DNA of 63,395 nt, filler included, from Reticulomyxa filosa (lineage: Eukaryota; Protista; Foraminifera): the NCBI GenBank assembly GCA_000512085.1. It is 15 parts of 15 records of this genome, joined end to end, with 100 filler letters (N's around TTAATTAATTAA, not from the genome) between each part and the next. Parts side by side here need not be neighbours in the genome. Positions count along the whole stretch, not along the records: positions 1 to 5,778 come from ASPP01005723.1; positions 5,879 to 9,674 come from ASPP01026651.1; positions 9,775 to 14,793 come from ASPP01023373.1; 12 more parts are not named here. One strand, 5' to 3'. The notes under the pieces were generated by a model that did not search any database, was not told the DNA's origin, and saw only the letters and a program-made list of their open reading frames with translations. Position 1 is the first letter of the stretch. Every line of letters starts with the position of its first letter. A program made the position numbers and the translations under genes. Below, one piece after another: positions 1 through 12,562 of this stretch.

Positions 1-105
1 TTTTTTTTTTTTTTTTTTTTAACGGCCATTTATTAAAAAAAAAAAAAAAAAAAATTGCGTTGTTATAATAAATATTGACATACATATATGAAATGTTTTT
101 GGCAG

Positions 106-1981
106 AACTTAAAATGGAAACGAAACATATTCGAATACATAACTTGTCCCCCACCATCGAAACATATGAAGATCGTCAATTGTGCTCGTCAAAACATATT
201 GAAACCTGGGCTTCAATCGTAATGTTGTTTGCTATGTTTTATATATTGTTGTCTTGTATGTATATGTGTGATGTACATGGATTGCAAAAGTAACTAAAAC
301 AAGAAGAAAGAGGGAGGATTTGGAATGAAAACTGTAGACCTTCGTTGCAGCAGGAAGAATCCCCGACGTCTTGTGGACCCAATGTCCATCACGTGTCCAC
401 AAACGAACAGACCATGCCAGAGGCTTACTCACACGTGAATGTGCAGTCCGACTTGGTGGACACCGCTCTCCACACGAACCCAACCGACTCTACAGTGGGT
501 TGGATGCCATCCCCCCCGTGTGGAAGAAACACCCATGATATCGTGAATGACCGAACGTTGATTGTACCAAGTTTGACTGGTGCAGCCAAGGTTCTCACGA
601 ATGCCATCGAAACTGTTCCACGTCTACCAAACGAAACCAAGGATCGCACATTTGCGAATGCCAACCAAAGTAATCTTCTGGACATGATGCCATCTTCTTC
701 TTCTTCTTCTTCTTCCTCTTCCTCTTCTCCTCCTCCTTTGAACTCGCACTCGCATCCATGCCGTGCCGGTTCAACTCCTGGAGAAGTGGTCTGCTTTGTC
801 GGTGATGGAGCATCGCAATCGAATGCCACAAACCCGGGCGTCTTGCAGTCGAAGGCGAATTCGCATCTTGATCTACTCCATCCTCACGACTACGTTACTT
901 CCAACTCCTCGACCTCGCTGTCGAATGGCGTGCAGATACGCAATGAACCTGTTGTCCCAAACTTTGAAAAGGATAAAACATTTGACTCTGTCATGCCCAG
1001 CGCACAAACAACTGGAGGAGTGTCTTTTTCTGCCTTTTTACCACCGACCAATTTCATCGATGCCAATATGTTTTCGTCTTCATTTCAGTTGAGTTTATGT
1101 ATATATACATATACACATATATATGTATACATACATATATATATACATATATATATGTATGTGTATGTATGTATATATTCTTTGATCCCTTATAAAAGTT
1201 GAAGTTGTGCAAATAATAAATAAATAAAAACCCAAACCTTTTTAAAGGCCAGGCATAATGTCGATGAACTATTCAAACGGGGTAATGGACTCTGTGCCAT
1301 ATCCCTCGTCACAATGGATTGCAAATTACCCTTATATGAATGATGTGTTGTCCACGAGGCAACAAATGGTGCATGGCAATAACAACTACGTGACGTCGTC
1401 GAATCCGACAGAGTCGCCATTGTTTTCGTCCTTTGCCTTATTGAACCAGATTGCAACAGGTCCAATTCAAACGACACCTAATCTTGTTGTATGTGGAGCA
1501 CCCCTGTTCATGTCCACTGCCGCCACCGGTTCGCCTCCTGCAAGCAATCACTCACCGACTTATTCTTCCATTTGCAGTTCAACCACTTCTAGTGGTTTAA
1601 AAGTTACTTGTGTCAATCTCATATATGTATGCCGCATTCTAAAAGGAGTATCACACATGCAAACAATTTACACATTAAACGACAATCGAACAGACTGTGA
1701 CTGATTCCATCAACACGTCCCGTAAGACATTATTGTCAAGGGAAAGTAGTATCAGCGCCAACACTAGCAATAATCAAACACTGCCTGTTTGGACCGCAAA
1801 ACAAAAGGAAATAGGAGATCTTTTGTATCATGAATTAAAAGCCGACTATCCTGAGCGAGTGGGTAAACTGACTGGAATGTTGTTGTCTTTGCCGAAAGAT
1901 GAACTGAACCGTTTGACTAGAGATAAATGCAAATTAAAAGCAAGAGTGCACCAATTCTTGAAATTACTAGACAACAACTAA
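106..1981 (+). CDS. Low-complexity protein with C-terminal MLLE/PABC domain (5' incomplete, multi-exon)
   Basis: Exons about 106-218, 291-1087, 1248-1594 and 1694-1981 with GT..AG introns. The last exon encodes KQKEIGDLLYHELKADYPERVGKLTGMLLSLPKDELNRL, matching the MLLE consensus QKQxLGERLYxxI...GKITGMLLE. Confidence 0.8.
693..731 (+). repeat. (TCT/TCC)n trinucleotide repeat encoding poly-Ser
   Basis: tcttcttcttct... lies within the ORF and encodes SSSSSSSSSSSSS. Confidence 0.9.
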
Positions 1982-2762
1982 ATCCATTTAATGAAGCATT
2001 TTTTTTCCTTTTGTTTTGTTTTTGTGTGCGTGTGTGTGCGAGATATAGAAAGTCCTCATTGTGAAAATTAGATGATTTTGTCCCGTACTTGAATTTATCA
2101 GAAGACAGGAAATTTTTTGTTGTTGATTCTATTTGCTGTTGTTTTTTTTTTTTTTTGTCGTTGTTTGTTCTTGTTGTTATCTTTTTTTTTATTGTTGTTG
2201 CGGGAAATGTTGTGCGTAGGTAGTTTATTGCAAGTTGTTGGTCTGTGCTTATGTAAAGATTGGATTGGAAGTCAGTGCACAGCAATATATATTGACTTTG
2301 CCATTTATCTATTTGTTTTGATTATAAACGTGTGTTGTTTGGTTTCTTATTGAAACTTGTTATTTGAAGCTTGCATTGTGCTGTTGGAAAGAGCTTTGTA
2401 AGAAAATAAAATTAAATATCAATTGACCTGTTTTGGGTTGATTTATAGAAATGAGTCATGTCTCTTTTCTCAACGCATTTATCGGCACGTAAAAAGCAAA
2501 CGACAATTGTTTTGAAAAGTTGTTACAAAAAAAATCAACACAATCATATATTTACAATTTTGTTCTATACGATTATTCATTTTAATTTTTGATTTTCAAT
2601 TTTTCTAAAACAAAGTAAAATACTGTTGTTCATTAGCGTGTACATTCTACTTTGTTCATTAGGATTGGTCTTGTTTACTGCAAAGACCCCGTCTAAAAAG
2701 TGGCTATAAAGAACGTTTTAAGCGTCGATTTCCCTTATTTGAACGACAACAAAGGAAATCAG

Positions 2763-4440
2763 ATGTCTAGTTCAATTTTTCTGTCAAATTTTTTGGTAAA
2801 AGGTCCGAGGCAAGGAGCAAGAGAATTCCTTGCCTCAGCTCCCTCGAAAGGTATTTCGGTGTAATAAAATTGGAGTGTAAATTTTTTTTGTTCCTTTGTT
2901 AAAAAAAATGAGCATTGAAACTCAATAGAACAAATTTGGAAGCTTTTGGAATACTTGGTATGGTCACACCAAGACCCGAGCCAATATTTGGTGTGTATTG
3001 AATGGTTGAAAACATTAGCAAGTGGAGGATATGGTTTCGAGGAAATCTTTTTGGTGAATCCACCGAAAGGAGTGTGTGCAAAGCATGCGATCGAACGAGA
3101 TCTCATGTTCAGATGTAAGACATGTGACATGGATACATTTCGTTGTCAATGTAGAGATTGTTATGTAAATTCAGATCACAGCGGACATGACGTGACATGT
3201 TTTTTGGGAAATTCCATTTGCGATTGTGGAGAGCCAGAGACATGGTCTTCGCAGGGATGCTGTAAGTTCCATCCAGGCTCTGATGCAATGACCAACAAAC
3301 TTTGTTGAGTAACGAATCTCACCAACTACATTTTTTTTTTTTTTTTTTTTGAAGAGAGAGGAAGGGAGGGAAAAGGAATGTTTAGAAATTCTATAAAAGA
3401 ATTATCGTCTTATGAACATTGAAACAGTCTTGGACCCAAAAGTGCAACTCCCCTGTCGCCTTGTATGCGGATATATAATATATTTGCTGAGTCATGCTTT
3501 CAGTAGTGACCATCATGATGTGGAGTATCTGCCAACGCGTGCGTGTGCTCAATCGTCTTTTCGTTTAAGCTTCGACTCACTTAGAGCGAGTATCAAAGAC
3601 CCGTACGTGTACCACCAATTCCCTTCGTCGCTAACAAACTCTGAACGCAGTCCACAGAAGCTACTCATTGTTCATGACGACGGTGTCCATGATCTTGCGC
3701 AAAGTTTTTCTCCCCCTTTTTTCCCCTCCCCTCCCCTCCTCCAAAATTAGACATTAGATCAGACCTATTAAACTCCAAAAAAAAAATAAAAAAAATGGCA
3801 GTACAAAAAGTTGCCACTTTGTCATTGGATCATGCGAATGATAGTTTAGAGACTGCGTGGAGATTACAAATGTTTGGAGAGTGTTGTTTGAAGGTATCTT
3901 CGGAATTGGCTTTCCAGGATACGAGATTAGTTATGTACATATATATATGTATATATTTGTGTATAAACATAAAAATGAATAAAATAACAACCAATATAAA
4001 AGACTTGGGAAAGCAATCAGATGAGGACAAGTGTAGTGAACGTAAATGCGAATGGGTATGTTCGTGTGTTGTCGAATAACTTTGTGGCGACGCTGTTAGC
4101 ATGCATTGGCTCGTGGATGTGCAACGAGATATTGCAGCGCATACTTGCACAATGCATGGTGCAAGACGTTGACAGATTAGGTGATTGTAGAGACGCATTT
4201 TATGACTTGACGTCGTTGAAAGTGGAGATTCCAGGATGGGTCGATGACGGAAAAGCCTGGACAGAAAAGCCAAGCCACAGTCCCTTGGGTAAGCAGGTTA
4301 AAACCGATTATCACAACAGATACAAAGCGCCGGACTTTGTGCACGAAACAAGGACTCCCATTTGGTATTTTATGCTCAACGACTTTGCAATGCACGAGTT
4401 TTGTCACTGGAATGGTGCATAAATAAATAAATAAATATAA

Positions 4441-4481
<41 letters not shown>

Positions 4482-5778
4482 TACATATATAACATAAAAT
4501 AGGAAGTATCGGATATCACTGACGCAGTTGTGGAACGGACTTCTTTGTATTCCGACAATGAGATTGCGGACGTGTCATGTATTTACCTTTGCATACCAAA
4601 AGCTTGCCTCGCATTTACCTCTGATGAATCAGGGAAACGAGATGTTTGCATACTCTCTGTTTCTTGTTTCGATCAAAAGCGTGGCTTGCAGTGTGTCGCG
4701 AACACACAACCTGTTAGATATTTGCATGAACAGTCTGATGCACTTGCTCTGCGACAACTTGTCTTGTTTTTTGAAATGCAAGCCTAGCAATCGAAACACA
4801 TTTGACTTGTTCGCTACCAATCAAGCAAAGATCACTCGCAAGAGTTCACTTAATTTTGCCTTGGACACCAGAACGGGGAGCAAACTGCGGATAAATTTGG
4901 ATTGGGTATTCTACAATACAATTATTGTCAGTCCCATCTTTTTTTTTTTTTTTTTTTGTGTATTTTATTTTGAATAATGACAAACAACAGCTGCAGTTAT
5001 ATAATATTGACAATAAAAATGAAAGACTCCCTTTTTTTTCGAACATTGTCCAGAGCAGTTAATAAAATGGTGTCAGGCGTTATGTTTGCTTCAAAACACA
5101 TATACGGTCCATCGTGAAGTTGGACATAACATGGTGGTCAACCAACCTAGTTGGTTACAGGTGCGGTATTCAGTGGAAATATGTCATCTGGTCAGCGACG
5201 ATGTCATAGCCAACATGTATCGACTGTTGACATCGTCTACCACCTCACTCAATTTAAGAGAGCGCATTTGCAAAGTGTTAATGAACGTGGTGAGAAAGGC
5301 ATTGACGATGGTCGAATGGAAAGAATGGGATTGTTTGGTAGTCAACCCCGCGATTGCGCCAATCCCAGATTGTCTATTGGAGGAACGAAAGGAGCAAGGA
5401 GATATGAGTCGCAACTACGGTGACGATATTTATGTGGATGTTGAAGACATTTCCATGAGCGTTACATCCAGTCACAAAACAAAGCCAAGTAATTCAATCA
5501 CGAGCACGAGCACGAGCACGAGCACAGTGAAAGCTGTCTCTATCAACAAACCTGAATCCACTACAAAGACGACGTCTGCAAGATCAAACGTGCAGTCAAT
5601 CGAACAGGTCGTGTCACCAAAGCCAGCAAAGCCAACAGTGAGATCATCTCGTTCCAAATCACCTGAGCCAAAGACGTCATCTCCGAATCCAATATCGTCA
5701 AAATCAACGTCCAGTGCAAACTCAAACACAAAGAAGAACACACAAAAGCAACCTGCAAATGCAAATACAAATGCAAAT
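2763..5778 (+). CDS. UBR1/UBR2-type N-recognin E3 ubiquitin ligase, N-terminal part (UBR box plus ClpS-like domain); 3' truncated at contig end
   Basis: The ATG 2763 exon splices in phase (AAAG|gtattt 2851 ... aatag| 2928). UBR zinc finger CAKH...FRCKTCDMD..CQCRDCYVNSDHSGHD..CDCGEPETW..GCCKFH, followed by a ClpS-like segment LLIVHDDGVH at about 3660. Confidence 0.85.
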
Positions 5779-5878
5779 NNNNNNNNNNNNNNNNNNNNNN
5801 NNNNNNNNNNNNNNNNNNNNNNTTAATTAATTAANNNNNNNNNNNNNNNNNNNNNNNNNNNNNNNNNNNNNNNNNNNN
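5779..5878. other. Artificial contig linker N44-TTAATTAATTAA-N44 (first of 14; others at 9675, 14794, 17993, 19591, 23706, 29181, 30948, 32575, 44157, 48711, 52286, 59462, 61143)
   Basis: An identical 100-nt block with a six-frame stop 12-mer recurs 14 times. Flanking contig ends are often homopolymer or microsatellite tracts. Confidence 0.98.
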
Positions 5879-6317
5879 GTTTATTTATTAAAAAAAAAAA
5901 AAAAAAATTGACGTAACAGTATACATCTCTTGAGCACTTTTTTTTTGTGTGCCACGAAGAGAATTTGCAAAGACAACTGCTCTGCGTCCAACAATTGCAG
6001 TGCGGATATGAAATATGCTGTCCTTCTCTCTGCCAACGACTTTTCTTCTACAATCACATCGTGACCTGCCATAAGTGCAGAGACTACGTCTTCGAACAAT
6101 CGTGGCATGCCTTTCACATCCGCTTCGCGTAGTCCGGCCAACGCTTGTGGCTTTAGTGAAATCGAGCCGGTCAACTTCAGTCAGTTTTGTTTGTGTGTAC
6201 GTTCGTCTGAAACTTTTGTCGGCTCACACTCAAAGTCATTGATTTATACTACAAGATTTATGTGGATTAGACCGCAACTTTACTGTTCACTGCTGAAATC
6301 GAGATTTGCTCGGCCAT
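5879..6317 (-). CDS. eIF4A/DEAD-box-like protein N-terminus with degenerate ATPase motifs (probable pseudo-helicase); 3' truncated
   Basis: Exon 1 (6317-6273, MAEQISISAVNSKVA), a phase-0 GT..AG intron, then exon 2 from 6174: LKPQALAGLREADVKGMPRLFEDVVSALMAGHDVIVEEKSLAERRTAYFISALQLLD..LQILFVAHKKKVL. This is collinear with eIF4A LKxxLLRGI...GHDVIAQAQSGTGKTATFxISxLQxID...QALILAPTRELA. Confidence 0.65.
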
Positions 6318-6864
6318 ACTTGTTATTAAGCACGAGAGGTGATACTCAAAATTTTTTTTTGCTAAAATGCGTCGATTAACTTTTGAAACCCCCGTCAGTC
6401 TAACCCTAAAAAGTGCAACAAAAACACAGTACAATAAAAAAAAAAGATTTTGCTGAGAAATAAATAAATTGTAAATTTCTGGACGCAAGGTTTAATATAA
6501 CTTAAAATTGTATGCAACATACATAAAGGCGCAAAAACGGAGCTACTTGTGCTAGATGCAGAATAACTTATATATTTTATGAAAAAGTGAGCTGATTGTG
6601 ATGGGAGTGATTTGTTATATAGATTGGGACACGCGTCCAGCTAGAGTAATCAATAGTTATAGACTTGTTGTATTTATTTTATTTTTTTTAACACCTTTTT
6701 TTATTGAATACTTTCCAAAAAAATTGGAAACCATAACCACAAAATGAAAAAAACCAGAGTTGGATAAACAAGACGCATACGTAGAGAATCGACAAACAAA
6801 AAAAAAAAAAAAAAAAAAGCGAATCCAATTTATTCAAACGAGCAAAAAAAACAAAACAAATGGG

Positions 6865-7591
6865 CTATACTTTACAGCTCAAGTAATTGGTAGTAAAATC
6901 AAATCCCATGTAATCCAAGTGGTCATAGATATCGAGGTCGACCAAGTATTGATCACTGCAGTTGGATTGTTCTCCGGACTCGCTACAAACGATATAGGTT
7001 TCATTGGGATTTTTAGGATAAAAGATTTCTTCCATCATATGATAGAAGCCCATATCTTCGGTTGGGACGTGTGGAACAGGGTCTTTTCTGTGGGTAACTC
7101 GGTAATGAATTTTGATGTTACTGTTATAATAATTAGCAAACTGCTGATTTCCCACTCTTGGCTGTCCATACGTATAGACAAACATTGGTTGGATAGCCTT
7201 TTGGTCAAAGAAATCAATTGCACAATGTGCAGCCAATGCCGCGCCTGTTTTGTAACACCCCAAAGTGATTGGTACACACAAAGTTATATATATATGTATA
7301 TTATACATACATATTGTATTATATGATATATATATTGTGCGTATGCAATATCAAAAAAAAAAAAAATGGAAATCAATAGAGAAATGATCACAAATCGGAA
7401 AAAGAAATAAAGTTTTTGTTTTCACACGTATACAAACATTATACCTAAAGAGTGCCCTGTAATTTGTAATGGAGTATTTGCTCCATATGCTGCCCAGTAT
7501 TTTTCTACTGCAGCCCAAACATCGTCGGAAACAGCCAAATAAGTGTCATAAAACCCTATTGGTTTGGCCATATATTTTTGTATACTCCTTT

Positions 7592-7627
<36 letters not shown>

Positions 7628-8115
7628 GATAATACCTTTGTGAACTTCACATCCTTGTGCAGCACATGCCGGATATGGGGTCTTCACGGCATCCAAGTCG
7701 TCGAGCCAATCTTCAATGCTCAAGGGATCTGTGCCGGCAAATGCTATAACGATGCAAGGGATGGTTGGATCGTAAGCAACAAAGCCATTTGCATCTCTGT
7801 CAAAGTCTGATGAAAATACTGTCACATTTGTTATTTGCGGCTGTTCTTTGCATGCCTGTCATTTTTTCAAACAGTACACCATCACATAGATAAATATACA
7901 CCCAAACAAATTTTTCTTTTTTTTTTTTTTTTTTTGAGTGTCTTAACATCACAAGTCCACGTTGCAACCCCATGTCCTAAGTTGCCACAACAGTAAGAAG
8001 CTAATGCAAACTCACACATTCGGTTTGCCAGGGCAACAGAGTAATCTGCATTGACTCCAGACCAAAAGGTAACTTGAGAAAAAAACACAAAGCTTAAAAG
8101 ACGCAAAGAAATCAT
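6865..8115 (-). CDS. Secreted class-3 lipase (alpha/beta hydrolase), multi-exon
   Basis: Signal peptide MISLRLLSFVFFSQV; IVIAFAGT; EVHKG; nucleophile motif ITGHSLG at about 7446-7466 split by an intron; YTYGQPRVGN; RVTHRKDPVPHVP; DHLDY. Confidence 0.93.
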
Positions 8116-8872
8116 GATTAGGACACTCTGTGAACTGCTTCTATGTTACAACGGTTTTTTCGAAATTAGGTAAGAAAAAAACTAGTTTTGGCGGGACTGT
8201 TTAACACTGCAAAAAAAAAAAGCTGGCGAAACGAACAACATTGATGATTGAAAGATCTGCCGCACGAATAAAACGACACGCTAGGAAAACTGACACAAAG
8301 CACTTGACTAACACAAAACATCACATAAACAGGTGTAAATTAATGAGGATTGTATTTAATTAAAACATAAAACAAATTTGATGCAAAATGTTACTATTAA
8401 TCTAGTTGGTTGCTATTTCTTCATTTAATTGTTCCTTGTTGATTTAACTGTCACAAACAAACACTTATTAAAATATTATTATGCATTTTTACTAATTAGA
8501 CTGTTATCACGAAAACACGCCATATATCTTGCTTGATTGCTTTTTGTTGATTACACTTTTGGTTTTTTCAAATAGATTTTATATAATTGAGTTACTCTTA
8601 AAATAGGATCAATTAAATGATTACAATAAACTGTTTAGAAAGTAAAAAACCGAATATTAATAGTAAATGGAGCCAAATAAAGAAGTACATCACCAAAAAT
8701 ATGTCCACATTTTGACTTATGGCATCAAAGTGATGTTTTATGTGGAAAATTCTAACAAAAAAAGGACGTGCAAGCAGTTTTGCGAAAAGGATTGATCAAA
8801 AAACTATTTCGCAACCTAATTGTAATATTTGACTATTATAAGTAACAGAACATAGGTTTCATTTGAGGGAAT

Positions 8873-9674
8873 ATGTCGACAGAAATGGTCAAGCAACTTC
8901 AATTAACGTCAATTGCTCCCAAAGAAGACATTTTGTATTTGGAAAAAGCGTTTGGCTTTTTGAAGTCAATGACGCCCCCATCTCAATCAAACTTCCGTGT
9001 TGTCGCAGTGATAACATACTACGACATCGAAATAGATATAAATATCCAAAAGACATTTCACTTTACTTCTGCACTCAAATATGTTATTGGATGCAATGGT
9101 ATGAAAATATGAATTTTTCGGGAAAAAAAAAAAACGACCTAATTTTCAAAATAAAAAGATATATAAGAATGTGAACTGAATAAACATAAACCAACATAGC
9201 GGAGCCTTCACAAATGGAAGGTTCGTTGTGTGGGGAACGAAATTGTTTATTGCAATTGTGTGCGTTAAACCCACACCGCGCCTTTACTATTGAGAGCGTG
9301 TACGTAGTGACGGATCACACGGAGCCAGTGATGTGCGGTTCATTGTGCTTGGAGTTTCTGTCGTCAATGGCCTGTCCATTTACCCGCATGGTGTTTGCTG
9401 CAAAAGACGACACCATATCTCCACCGCGTTATCTTTACAACTTCCATTATTTGAAGGATTTGTATTTGTTCCCAAGTTTGCTAAAATTCGTACCTTTTCC
9501 AAACCCTTTAAAATTGAAAGCATTTGCCGATGTGTTGTTGGAGCACGCCAAAGAAGACATTGAAGTTTGTTTGTTTGTTTTTTTTTTTTCCCATTCACAT
9601 TTGTATTCCTTTTTTTGTAAAGTAGTTTAAAACAAATTAAATGTATAAACATATAAACATATACATATATATAT
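8873..9674 (+). CDS. Cytidine deaminase-like protein (3' truncated)
   Basis: PPSQSNFRVVAV; YVIGCN|AE after splicing (gtatg 9099 ... catag| 9199); SLCGER zinc/catalytic motif; VYVVTD..PVMCGSLCLEFL. Confidence 0.8.
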
Positions 9675-9774
9675 NNNNNNNNNNNNNNNNNNNNNNNNNN
9701 NNNNNNNNNNNNNNNNNNTTAATTAATTAANNNNNNNNNNNNNNNNNNNNNNNNNNNNNNNNNNNNNNNNNNNN

Positions 9775-10457
9775 TTGCATATCCATAATAATATGTAAAG
9801 AATTATATGCTTTTTTTTAAAGATGAAAATCAATATCGGCGTCAACAAATTTAATAGCTTTTCTCATTTCTGTTATTGTCTCTTGAGTGGATTTTAGACC
9901 TTTTACCAAAAAAAAAAAAAATTATATATTTATGTATATATATTTAAAAGTATAAAATATATGTTCATTGAATAACTTTGATGTAAGATTTGTTTTGCAT
10001 CATCATCATATCCATCATCACACAACATTTGTGCATCTTCCATAGTTTTTTTGATTTGTGATTCGATTTCGGCAATTTGTCGTAATTGTTCATCAAGCAA
10101 TTTTTCTTTTTGTTCAAATTTATCGTCAATTGTTTGCATTAATTCTTCTTCACATTTTTGAATTTCTTCATTTTCCGATGATGAATCATTTGCTATTGGA
10201 GTTATTGTCTTTGTTTTTGTTTTTTCTAATGCAATCATTAAACGTCGTTTATCCGATAAATCACAACCTCTAAAAACTTCATTTAATTTTTTTTTTAATT
10301 CTTCATTATTCATTGCTCGCAATATTGATAATGATGTAATTCCTTTTTGTTTCATCTTTTCTGCATACATATCGCAGCGAAGAGTTTTTAACCATTCCAC
10401 CAATTCTTCAAAGCTAGTCATATTTCTTTCTCCAATATTCTTTTGTTTTCCTATCAT
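9775..10457 (-). CDS. SAM-domain plus coiled-coil protein (3' truncated)
   Basis: ELVEWLKTLRCDMYAEKMKQKGITSLSILRAMNNEELKK...LSDKRRLMIALEK fits the SAM consensus and is followed by an acidic coiled coil. Confidence 0.75.
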
Positions 10458-11894
10458 AATTATTTTTTTTTGTATTTACGTTTTTGCGATTTATCAAAAA
10501 AATAAAAATATTTCTTTTTTTACTCTTCGTTACCAGTCGTTGGTTGTTGTTTCACTGCTGGTAAACTTTTGGAAAAATAACTCTCCTCAAAGTTTTGCAT
10601 GTTAAGCAGAGTTGTTTGTAATCGACTCGTTTCAAAAAAAAACAAAACAAAATCAACACACGTTCCAAATCTATCAAAAAATAATCCTCTTTAGTTGGTT
10701 CAAGTTACTACACTCAACTAATTTGGACCTTAGTTCAGCTATGCTATTTGTTTTATCAACAAAACAAATATAACATACCAAATTTAGTCTTCTGACATTT
10801 AGCTAATCTGATTTTTAAAAATTCAACATTTTAAACTTGTTATGCCATTAAACAAGGATACTCGTGCATAAAATATAGCACAATTCTGCAACAGTTGATA
10901 TTGTCACAAATTATAGTTTGTGAACCACGTTTACCATAAGAAAAATTGAACTTTTGAAGTATTGCAAGTTAGAAGTAATAGTAGTTCACTTAAATGAATC
11001 TTCATAAACGTCTGTAAGTTTATTCACGCAAAACCACCACTTTTCAAATTTTTAAAATTATATCCAGAGAAAAACGTGTAATGTTTTTAGTTTTTTAAAT
11101 ATCAGATCGAATCATTACCTTTTTTGAAAATTTCAAAAAAGGAAAAAATATTAATGATTTTTTTCTGGTTTTCTACACTTTTATTAAAAATTAAATATAT
11201 GTTCGGATTCTTCAGTGGATATAATTTAAAAAAGAATCTTGGAGTAATATAAATTTTTCATGAAAACGTACAAATGTTTATAGGGGCTCATTTCAGGAAG
11301 ATCTTCTTTGCTCTGTTGTATTTCAAAACGTTAAGTTGATTGGAGAACAGGCCAAACTTTGTGCTGCAACATATATGAAGATAAATCTTCAGAATGATAG
11401 CTAAAAACGTTGCAAATTATTGGAAAAAGACACAAACATAATTGTATATAAATTATGACTCTGTAATGTATTGTATTTGTGAAAATGTTATTCAAAGATA
11501 TAAAGAAAACTGAAATGCATTTAATGACAAAAACAATTTAAGTAAATTGTGTTTATCATGTATAGTTATCATTAATCAAATTATATTATATGATAACTTG
11601 ATAAAGTATCATTTTATGTACTTATCTATTCCACTGAATAATAGCTTGATTAATTCAAATGAAAGACATCCGGCAATAGATGAGTTGTATTTTATGACTG
11701 TGGACTGTTCAATGTCTTAGTTACATTACTTCGAACTATTTTGCTTATATGATAAATGAATTGTTTTTTGAATTAAGCAATTATTGTTTTATTTTGAACC
11801 AAAGAAAACAAAAAATTGTTTAACGAGAAATGTTCCAGTCTAATGAAAAAGGATACAAAGCTCTATCCGCACAACGCGAAAAACTAAAATAAAG

Positions 11895-12562
11895 TCAAAG
11901 AATCACATTAGAGGTAGAGATGATCGTACTGTGAGAAGAACTGCGTGCAAAAAGTTTGGTGAAAAAGCTATCTTTCCAGTCATCCCATTCAATGATGTCC
12001 ATTTTGTGAAGGCAATAATCCGCAAAGAAATGCAAAATAACATCCAAAAGCAGCCAGTATTTCCAGAATCCTAACTTAATGTTCCCGTGGAAGTACACAC
12101 TGTCATTTTCGAAATATTGCCATGCAAGATTATATTTGAAAATAAAATCAAGAAATAGCCTTCAATAACCGCCAATATTCATACAAAAAAAGGGACAGTG
12201 AGCCACCGAATAACCTGATGCGACCAAATAAGGAGGCAGCACAAAAGGCAAAAACAAAGTGTTCACAAGCCATTGTTCCGGAGTGGAGCCGTGTATAACC
12301 CTTTTAGCATTAGGTCTTTGTTAAAGTAGGTGTTAAAACAATGTTCCATCACAGTAAAACACGAGCTCATGAACATTGTAATGGACTTATTGTAAAATGG
12401 GGCAATAAAGAATCATCCAAGGAACGCCAAAAGTAAAAGGAAACGTTTGCGTGTTTCGAGTTGTCTTAGCTCAACAAAGAAACCATTCATGCAACCGTTA
12501 TGCCGAGGAGGACACCAACCAAGAGGTCCAACAGATGAAGTGGCTAATGTTGGGTTGGACAT
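11895..12562 (-). pseudogene. Intronless disrupted gene for a multi-pass membrane protein
   Basis: ATG 12562 starts MSNPTLATSSVGPLGWCPP...FLLLLAFLG*FFIAP. In-frame TGAs at 12415-12413 and 12181-12179 fall inside hydrophobic helices. At least one frameshift is needed to reach AWQYFENDSVYFHGNIKLGFWKYW. Confidence 0.6.

Noticed and set aside
1098-1178. (TA)n/(TACA)n microsatellites here and at about 4440, 9655 and 61245
   Set aside because: Ordinary intronic simple repeats typical of this genome.
5947-6132. Cys/His-rich + strand ORF resembling a zinc finger
   Set aside because: It is the antisense shadow of the eIF4A-like exon, which has a coherent start, intron and fold similarity.
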